Assembly (NCBI GenBank): GCA_907165135.1
Contig: OU015569.1
Coordinates: 6,014,001-6,078,000, forward strand
Length of the DNA: 64,000 nt
Source of the DNA: Oikopleura dioica
Lineage: Eukaryota > Animalia > Chordata
Direction of reading: 5' to 3'
Shown: positions 1 to 12,308 of the stretch, piece after piece
How the letters are laid out: the number at the start of each line of letters is the position of its first letter
Position numbering within the stretch: the stretch's first letter is position 1
Made by a program: the position numbers and the translations under genes
The notes under the pieces: model-generated
Database searches by the model: none
Seen by the model: only the letters and a program-made list of their open reading frames with translations
Told to the model about the DNA's origin: nothing

Positions 1-344
1 AGAGATCAGAACTCGCATCAGAGAGAAAAGAAAATGTTAGTGAAAACAAATCAGCGCGTCCAAAGAAGTCCATACATGATTAGAGGGAGTACTTTCATTG
101 GATTGACGAGGTAAATCATCGTCTCGCAGCTGTTAATTGTGTACCTTTTCCTTCGAAAGCCCCTTTTCCGTAAAGCCATGCTTTGTTTCTTAGCAAACAG
201 AACTTGGCAATTTTGGCACTGATTGAGAGTCAACAAATAACTGATATGCATTCACCGCATATTTGATTTTCAGAGGGGAATTTCTTTCTAGAAAATCTTT
301 ATAACACCGACTCCTCTAACCCTCTGAAACACTATCTAGTGAAA

Positions 345-576
345 ATAGGGTCGGCCCAAAACGTCGCTTCTGCTGGTGCATGGGGGCCCAAAACGTCTTT
401 TTGGCCACGTCAACTGATTCAAAAATTGAATCTGGAAAGTCCAGAAACACTAGCTTGCTCTGGTTGGCGGTGCAATTTTCTAGATTTAACATTTCTGCTA
501 GGGTTACGTGGCCAAAAGGACGTTTTGGGTCACACATGCAGCAATTGGACGACGTTTTAGACCACCTCTACTTTAA
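345..576. mobile_element. Fold-back / MITE-like element with long imperfect inverted arms
   Basis: 377-414 (tgcatgggggcccaaaacgtctttttggccacgtcaac) is a near-perfect inverted copy of 503-540. A second shell, aaaacgtcg, pairs about 358-366 with 549-558. The right end (accacctctac-TTAA, 573-576) resembles the end of the 60.4-60.7 kb element. The left boundary and TSD are not clear. Confidence 0.5.
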
Positions 577-809
577 TATGAAAAACATATTTATTCATTA
601 TAGCATTTTTATGTTGAGTTCAGAATGCTTTAGCTGAAATCATGCCTATAAACAGGGCACGCTGCGAGAGAAATTTAATTCCTAGAGCGTGTCTTTCGCC
701 CCTAATCCTCGTGTATGCATAGAAAAATCTTTCGAAATCCTTGCTCAATTATTAACGTGTCAAGAGTAAGACTTTCTAACCGGAAAAAGATGTGTCTTAT
801 CCAACATAG

Positions 810-3743
810 ATGATACTGTATCATAGAACACCAACATACACTCGTCTTGACGATGCTCAGAAGAAGCCATCGAGAGTAAAGAGCGCGCCCGCTAGAAATG
901 CACCGAAAAGACCCAAATCAGCTTGGGCGGGAAGAAGAGAGCAGCTTTTATCGAGAATTAGAGATGACAGGAACGACTTCAAAACAGTAAGTTCTTGATT
1001 TTAGGCGACAGTCAAGAAGTCCGATAAAGTTGGAGTGAAAGGAATTTTATCAAATGTACAGAACAGCAAAACAAAGAACATACAAAACCCGACTTAGAAA
1101 ACGCCTCAACAGGAATCGGTTTCAATTCAAACGGAATAAGAAAGGGTCAGTCAGTTTCTTTCTCGTTTCACTGCAGTTAATTTGCAATTTGAGATCGTTT
1201 CAAAGTCGCACTAGAAGAAACTTCGTCTAAGAATGGTACCTTCGGTAAATACAACTTTAATCCCAAGAGCTCTTTATCGTTACTATCGTAGCCGTATCAC
1301 GACCATGCTCGTCATTTGGAAGTATTTCCGAGAGCGAGTTCCTCGAGGAGGATTTGCCCTTGGATAAGGAGTTGATAAATGGCATTGAACCTGTCAATTG
1401 CTTAAAAGAGGATTAATAAGAATATCTGCCGTCTTGTTTATTAGCTCCATAAAGACCTCGAATCAAGAGGGATAAGTTTTTCATCGGCTGGAGGCTTGGG
1501 ACCAAGCTCAGCGGGCGGATGGCGACGACTAAGTGCACTCATAAAAGGTGAACCATGCAAAGGTACAAGGACAGTTTCACACGGCTCTTGGAGTATCTGT
1601 CGATACTACAACAAATCAATTCGCTTCTCATATTTGCACCTGAAACGATTTTATTCGCGAAAGCGGAAACATCGCCGCAATCAAATAGAGAGTCATAAAT
1701 TGATTCCGCTAAGTAGCGTGTGGAAATAATTCATTGCTTGATCTCGACGTGAGCAAATGGTTTGCTGTCAACTCATTTCACTATGTTTAGTAAATTCTGC
1801 ATTTCGTGAAAGCTTGAATTCTCCAGCCAGTTCCTCGAGGAGAAGTGTGCGCTCCAGCCGCTCCAGGAACAGAGAAGCTAATCATATCATAGTCCCTTGA
1901 GGAAATCAAGAAAGAATACTTTGCAACTCTGACCAGACGATCTATTCAGTCGAGGATGAGAAACCTTACTTCTGGAGCCAATTCGGTCATTTTCGAGAAG
2001 TACAATGTCAGAGCCGGATTTGAGGCGAAGAAACTTTTTCAAAAGTCGGTTCGACTGGTCATTATCCTCATGCGAGCAGGTGGATGTTTTAGAAGGGACG
2101 AATCTCTAAAGGTAAGTCCTTGTAAGTGCTTGTTTCTACCAGGTATTAGGTCTTGGACGATGGCGATATGCGCTTCTATGATACAAACAGTGCTCTAGGA
2201 AAGATGGCTCATGTATTCAATCCGACAATTTTTAGAGCCGACAAAAGCCTCAAGGTTCCAAAAAATGTTGCTCGCGATCTAAAAACACATCCAGGAAAGT
2301 GGCATATCTTACGTTTTTTTACGAAATGACTTATTAAATAACACTGTGAATAGATGCACGACGACCTGACTCGATCGGCAGCATTGTACGATCTCTTCAA
2401 ATTGTCCTGGACGTATTTTCCGATTACCCTCTTCAGACGCAGAAGGACATTGCCAAATACGCGTATTTAGAAGAGTTCGAGCCTGGCCGAATGATCTTCA
2501 AAAAATCTGACCGTCCGCTGCGATTCCACTTGGTTGTTTCTGGACGAGCACTTGTTACCAGTGTTACCACTCTTCCTACTGGAGAGGAAAATATAAAAGT
2601 AGTGGAGACAATCAGGTGATAAAAAAGCTCATTGTTCAAATGACAACAGAATAAGTCGTGGCGAAACATTCGGCGATGAGGGCGGCTGTTTTCTAAAGCA
2701 AAATGGCAAAATCCATGAGGGCCCTGATTTCATGCCGCGTGAAAATACAGTCATTTCTCAAAAGCATATGACCGTACTTACACTGGATGGAGAAGATTAC
2801 ATACGCATCTTTCATCCTGGTAATGAATAATTCAGACTGACGCGTAATCATCCCTTTTAGAAGCTAGAAAACGGTTCCAGAAAAAACTAACACCAAACTG
2901 TAAATATAAAAGCACTAATTCATAAAAGAGCACCGTGATTTTGTGATTTTCTAAATGTCGATTAAAATTTTTCTGAGTGAGTTTTTAGATCCTGAATTTT
3001 ACTTCTCAAGCAATGTCGTCAAAGCAGCAATGAAGTTGCTCCAAAAGAATCCGTTTCTTCGCTATTGGCCGTTAGACAGAATTAAAGGAGCTTCCACGAG
3101 TGACTTTCGCTTACAGTACTTTCGGAAGGGAACAGGAACGTTTGCGAAAAAAAGTTCTCAGAAAATAGTTTTCTCTTTTTTCGAAAGCGATTGAAGTTAT
3201 CACCACTGGGAACGCTGCTCAACGAGAACTGATCTTTGTGAAATTGGGATCATGTCAAGTCGTCCGTCGATGTCAGTACTCTCGTGTCATGTCTGCCGGC
3301 AGCAATCCGTACGAAACGTGGATAGAAGAGCGTAGACTAGACAGTGGAGACATGTTCGGATTCGAATGTCAATTCGATGTCAGGAAATGTTCTTCAAAGA
3401 TATTTTCTTAGTTTATTTCAGTCAAGCAAACACGGAGAACATAAAAATAGATTCAAAGGCATTGTTTACAAGGACTGGAACGAGCTGGATCCAGATGTAG
3501 CGCTCATCTCCAACGGCGCAGAAGTTATTATTTTCTCCGCTCCTTTTTATCGAAAACATCTAAATGAACAGTGTCGCGCCGTTTTAACTTTAAATCTCGA
3601 GCAAAAAGTAAGAGATGCTTGATTTACGAAACTGATCGTGATTTCAGCAGCCCAAGAATAATCTCGTCTATCTGCTCAATAGAAGAGACTGCTGGGAAAA
3701 TTATAAAACTAGCGTCACGCGTGAAATTATCCGAAAGCCTTAG
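810..3743 (+). CDS. Cyclic-nucleotide-binding domain protein (CNBD2-like, two cNMP domains), multi-exon
   Basis: Spliced exons read ...DYPLQTQKDIAKYAYLEEFEPGRMIFKKSDRPLRFHLVVSGRALVT...RGETFGDE...PRENTVIS... A second domain reads FLRYWPLDRI...YFRKGTVIT...LDSGDMFGFE...VALISNGAEVI. The last exon ends QPKNNLVYLLNRRDCWENYKTSVTREIIRKP* (stop 3741-3743). GA-AG introns are at 2295-2353, 3136-3196 and 3384-3450. Exons upstream of about 1880 are unresolved and could belong to a separate gene. Confidence 0.75.
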
Positions 3744-3853
3744 AAACGAGACCACGCTGCTATTACCTGTTGCTTCCACTGAATACACTTCTATTTTCTT
3801 TCTCGCTTTATTCAACAGTATCAATAGTATTTACAAAGTTAAATAAAAGAATC

Positions 3854-4390
3854 TCAAACAGCTTCGAAGATGCTAATAAAGCCCATTTGTGCTTTGGTCA
3901 CTTCACCTCGGAATTGGTCGTACAATTTTGCATAATGAAGGTATTTTCTGTGAGCCCAGCTAGAGGCAAAAACAATCACTAATATTCCAAGTAAGATTCC
4001 AAATCCAGCGAGAAGAATGCTTTTGAAGCGAAAATGAGCGGCAGTTGCATTCCTGTTCATAATTCTTAAGTTCGAAGATTAAAAACTATGACACTTGATC
4101 AAGTACCTTGCTGACAAGCTTGCCTGAAACATCATAACTGAAGCCAGTCCAACGCAGGGACAAAGAAAGCAGGCCAGATAAGGCAACAGCCCTTCCAAAA
4201 TTGGAAATTTGACTCTCTTCACTTGCTGATAATCGGATCTGTCGCCCTTTCTTGCTGACTTTCTCCCAGATAACAGTGATTTTCTCGAGGATGCAATGGA
4301 CTTAGAATACATCGATGAAGAACTGGGATCTTCTTCCATTATCGGTTGGAATACTTTCACATAACTCTCTGCTCTACTCTCTCGACTCAT
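3854..4390 (-). CDS. Small membrane protein, dispanin/CD225-like
   Basis: ORFs 4079-4390 and 3854-4060 join in frame through a 42-nt GT-AG intron (4106-4065). The product is ...LPYLACFLCPCVGLASVMMFQASLSAR|IMNRNATAAHFRFKSILLAGFGILLGILVIVF..., a Cys-containing hydrophobic segment, a loop and a TM helix as in CD225 proteins. TTTTCAG lies 5 nt before the ATG, and there is an AATAAA downstream of the stop. Confidence 0.6.
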
Positions 4391-5077
4391 GGGAGCTGAA
4401 AATCTTCTTTGTCTCGTCTTTCTCCCAGTTAGAAATTGAATCGTCTGCTCAATAATAATCAGATACGCTTACGATTATTGAGGTGAGGAGAAATCTCCAG
4501 CAAACCGTAACTGCCAAATCGTTAAAAATGACGCCCGTATTATTGCATGAAACGGCTCGTTATATTTTTATTGGAGAAAACGGTGATGCAAATTTGTGAT
4601 GCTGCACGAAAAATCCAAACTAAACACTAGAAATGCATCAAGAGCGACAGTACGGATGTCCTTCACATCATCATATGTTAATTTTTTTGTATTTGTATAC
4701 CGAATCTTAGAATGGAGGTATGCTTTTCGAACGTACTGGGAACCATCCAACGATTTCCATCATATCTCGACGTCAATAACTGTCAATCCTTTCTCAACGC
4801 GAAGATGATGTTGAAGATGTGAAGCAAAGATCTTGCTGAGCCTAAAATCTGTTTGTTTGTTCAAATAAGCTCCAATTACGAAGAACGAAGCGCAGCGGTT
4901 GGTTTTGTGTCAGCCACCTGGTCGATTTTATGAAGTGAAGGCCTCACTTTTTTTCCTTTTATTGAAAATGTCAGTCATAGAAAAAAGAGAGACCGGTCAA
5001 TCATTTTTTCAGAAAATTATAGGTAAGATTTATAGGAAGCATTTTTGATTGATTAATATGGTGGTTTAGATTTCATC

Positions 5078-5359
5078 ATGACTATGTGGCGGAGACTATC
5101 GAATTTTCTGCGCAGATTTCGTAATGCTCCGCCAACATCTTCCAACATTCACCACCCAAACTTCGGTGTGCAACACACGCCATCAACCGTAGTATGTTGT
5201 TATTCGTCGGGGAGGCCCCGACAGATGAACGATGAAACAAGAGTCCTTCGTCGGGGTTCTCTCAGCTCGTCTGCAGAAAGACCAAAAACACGATCTCAGC
5301 GCAGCAGTTGGAACTTACGAAGCGGACGGATTGTTTACAAATTCAGCATCTTTGACTAA
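5078..5359 (+). CDS. Small single-exon orphan ORF (93 aa, basic, Ser/Arg-rich)
   Basis: The ATG is 8 nt after a TTTAG acceptor-like site, and AATAAA follows the stop. I recognise no domain. Confidence 0.4.
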   Translation: MTMWRRLSNFLRRFRNAPPTSSNIHHPNFGVQHTPSTVVCCYSSGRPRQMNDETRVLRRGSLSSSAERPKTRSQRSSWNLRSGRIVYKFSIFD

Positions 5360-6275
5360 TTAATATCTTTAATAAATTGTTATCTTTTAAAAATTGGGAA
5401 TGAACAACCCTACAAATTCGCAGGTGGAAGACCTAGAGGCTCTATTTGCTATGTTCTCTTCGTTGATTGCAAAGCTCGTGAGTACGTAGTTTTTCGTATG
5501 CGGCTGATTGAGAATCGGTGGAAATTGAATCTACAAGGAGAAGATTAAAAAGTAAAATCTAATAAACGGCGAGGCTAATTGGAATATTGCGTGCAAACTA
5601 TCCAGCATTCTGTCATTCTGTTGAGCGAAGTTTGAGTTCTTGAATGGAACTAAAAGTGAGAAAAGGAATCGTTTTTGGAAGTATTTACGTTGCGATCTTC
5701 ATATGTTCAGGAAGAGAGTTCACTCGTGTGCAAAATATTCAGTGTATTTGGTATCAAAGATTTTATTCAAACAAAAGTATCTCTAAAAAGCAATCGGCTT
5801 TTATGTCAAAGGCTGTCAAATCGAAGAAAGAATGAAACACACACATCAAGATTTTTTTGCGAGACCCGGGTCCCTATTTCCTAAGTCCTTTCCTATTTTG
5901 TAACTTTTTGCTGGTTTCTAAGTACAGTATTTCCTGTTTATTCGACCGTAGGAAATCGGGATCCCAAATAAGTACAGACGAGGAGATAAACAAACTAATA
6001 AAGGAGTCTTACAACAAAACTGAATCGCCTTACATTTAAAAACACGAATTTACTGAAAACATGAACTCGACTTTATTTCTCTTTGACTATCGATTTTATC
6101 ACAGTAAATGACCTTGGATAAAAATTCTTATACATCTGATGCAAGATAGTGTGACCAGCCATCATACTGTGCAAATATTCATTAGTCGTAGCAACCACAG
6201 TGAGTCTCTTTGCATACATTTTTTTACTCGTAAAGGCAGATTTTTTAAGAACCAGCAGCAAAGAAAGAGGAAAAT

Positions 6276-9200
6276 ATGGGCTGTAGCAGCTCAAAAGTAA
6301 TATAAAGAAGTTTGTTAACCTGACTGAGAGAAAATTTTAGGAAGATAACGTGCAGGAGCCAGAGCCCGAAAAAAAGAAGAAGTCTAAGAAGGACAAGGAC
6401 AAGGAAAAGAACAAGGAAAATGACAAAAATAAAGATGGAAGTAAAGACGATGGAAAGGAAAAGAAAGACAAGAAAAAGAAGAAAAATAAAGACAAAGACA
6501 AAGAAAAAGATAACGCTATCGAAGGTAAAGTTAAAAGTAATCACCCTCAATACTGCGAAGTTAATAATTATTTGAAATATTTATTAAGACCCCCCGCAAC
6601 GAATCGAAGAAGACTTACAACAGGCTCCACCTCCACCAGGTGGTCCTGCTGAACAAACCCATACCTACCCCTCTGTGGATGTAAATGAAAATGAGTTCCT
6701 ACCACGAAACGACCCAAAAGATCTTGGCGATGCAGACGTTATTCTTAATGACATAAACCAAAACTCAGCGCCAGTTGTGAATCCTGCTAAATACTCTGGT
6801 TCTCAACCTTTGAATACACCCGCGAAAACTCCGATGTACGATCTACGGCCAGGAACTTCACCAGAGGACATTAAAAATCTACAAGAGATGCAGGTAAGCT
6901 ATTTTTAACAGTCTATCCGACATCTGTGATGGATACATTTTTAAATAGAAAATTCGTAAGTTTATGCCCTGTTTATCAATGCTAAAAACCAGTAGCGTCT
7001 ATTTGACCAGTTTAATGACGTTTTGGGAGTAGAATGGATCACTGTCCCTCGCGTTATAAATTCAAACGCGCTTTCATCAATTTTATTGCCTGGCAATAAA
7101 CTGTGCATGTCTTCTAACATTCGCTTGGCGTAACATTTGGCTAATTTGTTGGGCAATTGTAGCTCTTCTGACCTGACTCAGTTTGCTAAAGCTCCCTAAT
7201 ACCAGTTCAAGTTCAATCATAAAGCTCAATTATCAGTACAGTACTTCTCTTCTCGGACAGTTCCCTTTTGACTTTGAATAATAAGGAATAACAGTAATAA
7301 GCGCTTCTGGTAATGCATTCCTTATCGCGCCTATGCATCCGAAAAACCCCGTATCCACGCTTAGATATTTTTGTTTGAGCAGATTTTCTGTAAAAGTGGC
7401 CCATGCCAACCGAGTCTCACGCAGCAATGTTTGCTCCCGCGATCAGAAACCAGCGTTCAGCAGAGTATCGCGAGATTAATTACATCCCATGCTGGTAGAG
7501 AAAATGGCGGATAGTAGTAGTCAACGGGCAGAATCCACCCACCAGGATATCAAAGGTTTCGATAATGAGAAACAAAAGGACGTGAAAAGCACTAAAGAAC
7601 AGCAGAGAGAATTGCAACAAGTATGCAAAAGCAAACACATAAAATAATTGAAAATATCCAACGAATTACATATTTTACACTTATTCTTGAGTAAACATCT
7701 ACTTTCTCTTTCAGGAAATGCAAAAAAAGCTTGAAATGCTCTCGATCGAGCAACAAGATCAGGCAAAGCATAATGAGGATCTCCTCAATGCTCTGAGACA
7801 AATGGATGCTGACCAGAAAGAAAGCGCGAAGCAACATGCGAGCCAACTTGAACAGCAAAAACGAGACTACGAAACGATTCTTGCTGGAAACCAGGAAGAA
7901 ATCAAAGAACTCCAGCGCCAACAGGAATAGGATCATGAATATCTATGTTATAAATATTTCATTACCAAAGCAATTAGTTTCCTTTCGTGTCGTTTTATTT
8001 GCCTGCATCCTCCGATAAGCAAGAAGAGCTTCATAAGCTTCAAGAACAGCAGCAAGCGGCACTAAACCAACAAACGCCAGTGAAGCCCGCGACGGCGGTG
8101 AGTGTCAGACCACAGACCTACCAGACAGATCCAGGAACAAGCATCTCCCAGAGACCGGTGAAAACTCCGCTCATGCCTCCAGGAACTGCAGGTAATGGCG
8201 CTTTCTGCGTTTCATGGATGAAATAATAAAACAAATGTTAAAATATTTTAACGTATTCTCTATGTTTTATAGCTACGACAGCATTGATGGAAAATGCGAC
8301 AAAAGAAGAAATCGCCGCAAGATTCCGTAAGTCGAAATCGTCGGTCATTAGGCATTATCTTTTCAAGAACTTCATTTCCTAAGGGATCAGCCCAGAGGAA
8401 TATTTGCTGATGATAATGTACCTCTGCGTTGCCCACTGACAAACAAGTTTGTAGTGGATACAAGTCATAGAAAACAAGATTTCGAAAAGTACTGTTGATG
8501 CGAGTACAAAAAAGTCAAGTGAATAGTGTCAATAAACTGTCATGTAAAATTAAGTCGTCATGAAACAGATCGCAGCTCGAAGAAGGAAGGACAACGATAA
8601 ACTAAAAGCTCAACTTATTGAAATCCTTGCACAGCAACGAAACCGTAGGAATGTTTACGCAAAACAATGACTGAAGGAGAAATTATTTAGAGCCCCCCAT
8701 CCGACCAAATACTTCTGCAAGCGTCATTATGGCCAAGCGAGTCAACGATCACCAAGTTCAGCGTATGGAACATATCATCAAAGGTCTCTCGGCAAGAAAA
8801 TAATTATTATTTTGAGCCAATAAAATTCAGAACAAGACACTATCATCAGCAAGCTGGAGCATCTTCTTGGACGAGCTGATGTTCAACCAGACAACGGTAT
8901 TCACTTGTCATCTTCCAATTTTCAAATTTTGCATTTAGCATTCAAGGCGCAAATCGACGAGCTCTACCATCTAACACAACAGCGACAACGTTTCGTGTAG
9001 GGTCTTCAAAACTAATAATGAATTACAGTTTATTGCCTGTAACCATGAAATGAAGACCCCTCTTCAAGAACAACAAGCACTGCCGATGGCTTATCAAACA
9101 CAAGCCGCTCCTCACGGTGCGTCCAACTTCCCGCCACCATCTGTGTGGGATAGCACATTGACAATTTCAATTCATAGTGTGAATTTCGTTTTTTGTTTGA

Positions 9201-10078
9201 TAATTGTGTTTATGCACCAGAAATCACTTCAAGGAGTTCTCACCTTTGATTTTCCCAAATATTTGAATATTGGTCCCTTTTCAAAGAAAGTGATTTCTTG
9301 ATTGTGATTAGTTCTCTTTCCTGTGGGTGTCTTTCGTTAGAGCACTGTGTCGAGTGGTTGCTGTCATTTTTTCACGCGTGTTTTCCTTTTTGTTTGTAGT
9401 TTGGTCATTTTTGGATTTGTATCACAGTTTTTATGCGAAACAAGCGTGCAGTTAGAAATTATCAAAGTGTATGTTTATTCTAAACTGCACTTATGAGATC
9501 TCGTTATGATCCTTTCTTGAGCACATAAACCTAAAAGTGAAAGTTTAAAAATTAAAAAAAAACCCGCGATATAGTGCAGCAACAAACGAGTCCAGTGTAC
9601 GCGATTGCCCCAGCAGCGATTCAAGAGAGAGTTTTGCCCCAGCAAAATATAACTTACGTGCAGCAGCCTCTGCCACTGGCATATGGAGAGCCTAATGTCA
9701 GTCGTCAGCCAAGTTATCCCATTCTAGCGCCACGATCAGTAAGATCGCTTCCAGCTCCACAGCCTTCGAAAATGGAGGAGCTTTTCGAAAAAGAACAACG
9801 CAAGAACGAGAAGCTCGAGCAGCAAATGGACCTTGAAAGAAGAGAGGCGAATTATCAGAAACAAATGGCCGAAAGAGAACTCGCACTTGTCCAGTAAGGC
9901 GAAAATGTGCTCGAATTTCATAGTATCTTTTTACGCTAGAAATCAACTCCGAATGCAGCAGGCTCAAGCAGCTTATCCCAGTCAGCCGTACCCTGGACAA
10001 GCGTGGGGAGCACCACCGCAAGGAGCCCTTCCTCCAGTTGGTTATCCGAACAATGGATTTCCTCCTCGTCCGTACTAA
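6276..10078 (+). CDS. Multi-exon disordered/coiled-coil protein with MGCSSSK N-terminus, Lys-rich tract and Pro/Gln/Tyr-rich tail
   Basis: ATG 6276 gives MGCSSSK, then a 44-nt GT-AG intron (6297-6340), then EDNVQEPEPEKKKKSKKDKD... Further exons lie at about 6589-6894, 7714-7924, 8020-8190, 8550-9140, 9574-9897 and 9940-10078. The protein ends YPSQPYPGQAWGAPPQGALPPVGYPNNGFPPRPY*. Some internal junctions are uncertain. Confidence 0.75.
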
Positions 10079-10487
10079 CAAATAAGCTTTTCCGACAAGA
10101 ATAACGAATTGATAAGAGAACCCTGTGAATCTATGTTTTATTACGAATAAACACAAAATATATTTTTCAATTATTTCGAAGAAATTTATTATCAAGAAGC
10201 AATAAATATCCGTTTTTACATTTGCGAGATAGATTGAGCCTAGAATTTACAATTTTTGAAAGCGAAAACAGTATAATTTTGAAGTTAATGCAAAGCCTTG
10301 TTCTATAATCATATTATGGCACTAGAAAATAATCATAAGGACGTAGTAGAGAATCAGCATTAGAGCGGCAGTTGATTTCAATAAGACGCTCGAGTCTGGA
10401 TTGGATGGCATCGTGGGAATTTCTATTTCAAAGGGTATACCAGGTTTTGCTAATAATTCGTTATTGAAGGTAACTGTTAGTTATTAA

Positions 10488-12308
10488 TTAAATTAGATTG
10501 TTAAAAATATTGAAATTACTTGCAGCTGTTGTGTTTGTTATCGCCGAGCTACTTGTGTTAGATGAAGCGCTACTGATTATTGCACTACTGGTAGTTGAGG
10601 TTCTACTTGTACTTGTTGTTGTTGTGGTCGTACTTGTACTTGTTGTCGTCTCCGACACAGGTATTATTGGGAGAGTAAATATATCTAGTTTGGTTACAAG
10701 CAATAATATCCCTAAGTCTAAAAATATCCAAACTCTAAAAACCTCTAGTCTAAAAAATCTTCTACTCTTTTCCAGGAGACTGTTGTTGTAAAAAAATAGG
10801 GATTTCCCGATTTTTTATTTTTGCATTTTCAAATTTTAAGCGAATCGTTTTCGTGCAAACAAAAACACTTTTTTAAGCATTTTCAGCAAATGAAAGCAAG
10901 GGTAACCTTTCCTGAATTTTCAAGAGGCCCAGTAATAGCTTCGATACCAGACTTGTAGAAGGAGGGTCGAGTGTAAACGCCTAAAATAGTATAAATCAGT
11001 ATTCTTCAAAGAAAGCTAACCTGGAACTCCTTCTGTGCCACACTCTTGAGGTCCATATGAAACAATTCCGTATAAAGAGGTTTGTCCGTTGTATCTACAG
11101 TAAAGCGGTCCGCCAGAATCACCAGCGCAAGAATCCTTGTATAAATCTCCTGATAGTCGATCGCCGAGAGCACATATTTGCTTGCTGAAAAAGATAATGA
11201 TAATTAACCGCTTGGATAATACCTTCCGCTTATGCCAACTCCCCAAACCATCACACACTGGGAGGTGCTCCAAAGATTAAGCTCTACTCGTCTAAGTCCG
11301 GACGAGGCTGACCCTCCATTAGATGTTAGGCCCCAACCGGCAGTATAACAAGAAGCTCCTTGTGGAGGATTTCCAATTCCGATTGGAAGGATTTCCGAGT
11401 AAGGGTCTCTACTCGAAGTAATTTCGCTATCAAGCTCCAAGATTGCTAGTAATGAAATCAAAGAAGATTATTTGTAGAGCAATTACCGATGTCGTTCTCA
11501 ACCGTACTAGGCTTGTAACTGTCAGTGTAGATTTGACTGACACCGACCAAGCGTCCACCAGCGTCGAATCTGCTGCTTCCTATCCTGATAGTAATCGCAC
11601 TCGGGTCCTTATTATGTATACAATGTGCGGCTTGAAAAGGGGTTTGTTTTCTCATTGTGCTCATTTCATTGTTTTGGAAGTTCAGAGACTCGAAAATTTA
11701 ATAATTGTCGACATACGAGCAGCCCTTTCCTGTAAGAATGAACCTTGACGAAATTATGCTTCCACCACACATTTCAGAGGTGCGACCGGATCGTATCGTC
11801 ATTCCCACTGAATAGATTTTCAATATTACATTCATGCTTCGACATTTTTTGACTGGCTCCACTGATTTTAAATGCTGTACAAAACATTATTGTTTAGCAG
11901 TGAGAAACATGTCTCAGCCAGTTGTAGGAATTCAAGCCGGCTTATTTTTTCTATCTCAAAGAAAAAATTGTTCAATCAAATGATCAGAACCAGGTCATAA
12001 AAATGATTTACTCCTAGCATTGACGTCCTTCCTTTTTGAATTATATTCTGATGACTCTGATCGTGTTTTAAGATGAATATACTTTATTCTAGTTTATGTA
12101 CCGATGAATGGAGCGCTCGAGATTGATATTTCAGTGCCGCCAATAATTCGTGGATGTATGTCTATATTCGTGGGCGTTGAGTCTGCATCCGATGTTTCTA
12201 AATAAAATCCCTGTTTGATGCCTCTTGCTCAAATCAATGCAAACCTCCGATCTGTCCATAAATAAATCTTGCATGTGAAAACACTGGAAATAACCAGATT
12301 ATCTTCAT
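10488..12308 (-). CDS. Secreted trypsin-like (S1A) serine protease with probable Thr/Ser-rich C-terminal tail
   Basis: Signal-like MKIIWLFPVFSHARFIYG, activation site HPR-IIGG, CGGSIISSRFILTAAHC (via GA-AG intron 11729-11631), ENDIAILEL, AGWG, DSCAGDSGGPL and GIVSYG...PGVYTR. The catalytic triad is complete. The link to the Thr/Ser tail exon (10488-10711) is inferred through a further GA-type donor. Confidence 0.9.

Noticed and set aside
989-1006. 18-nt GT-AG intron in the first CNBD-region exon
   Set aside because: It is far below the roughly 40-nt introns seen elsewhere in the window. A more distal acceptor is more likely, and the junction is left unresolved.
3624-3824. Minus-strand 66-aa ORF as a third exon of the dispanin-like gene
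   Set aside because: It is antisense to the last CNBD exon (3648-3743). The dispanin-like ORF already stops at 3854, followed by AATAAA.
8380-8560. Possible additional G|AA donor in the MGCSSSK gene (cca gag g|aatatt)
   Set aside because: A plain GT-AG intron skipping this segment also keeps the frame, and I have no homolog to arbitrate.
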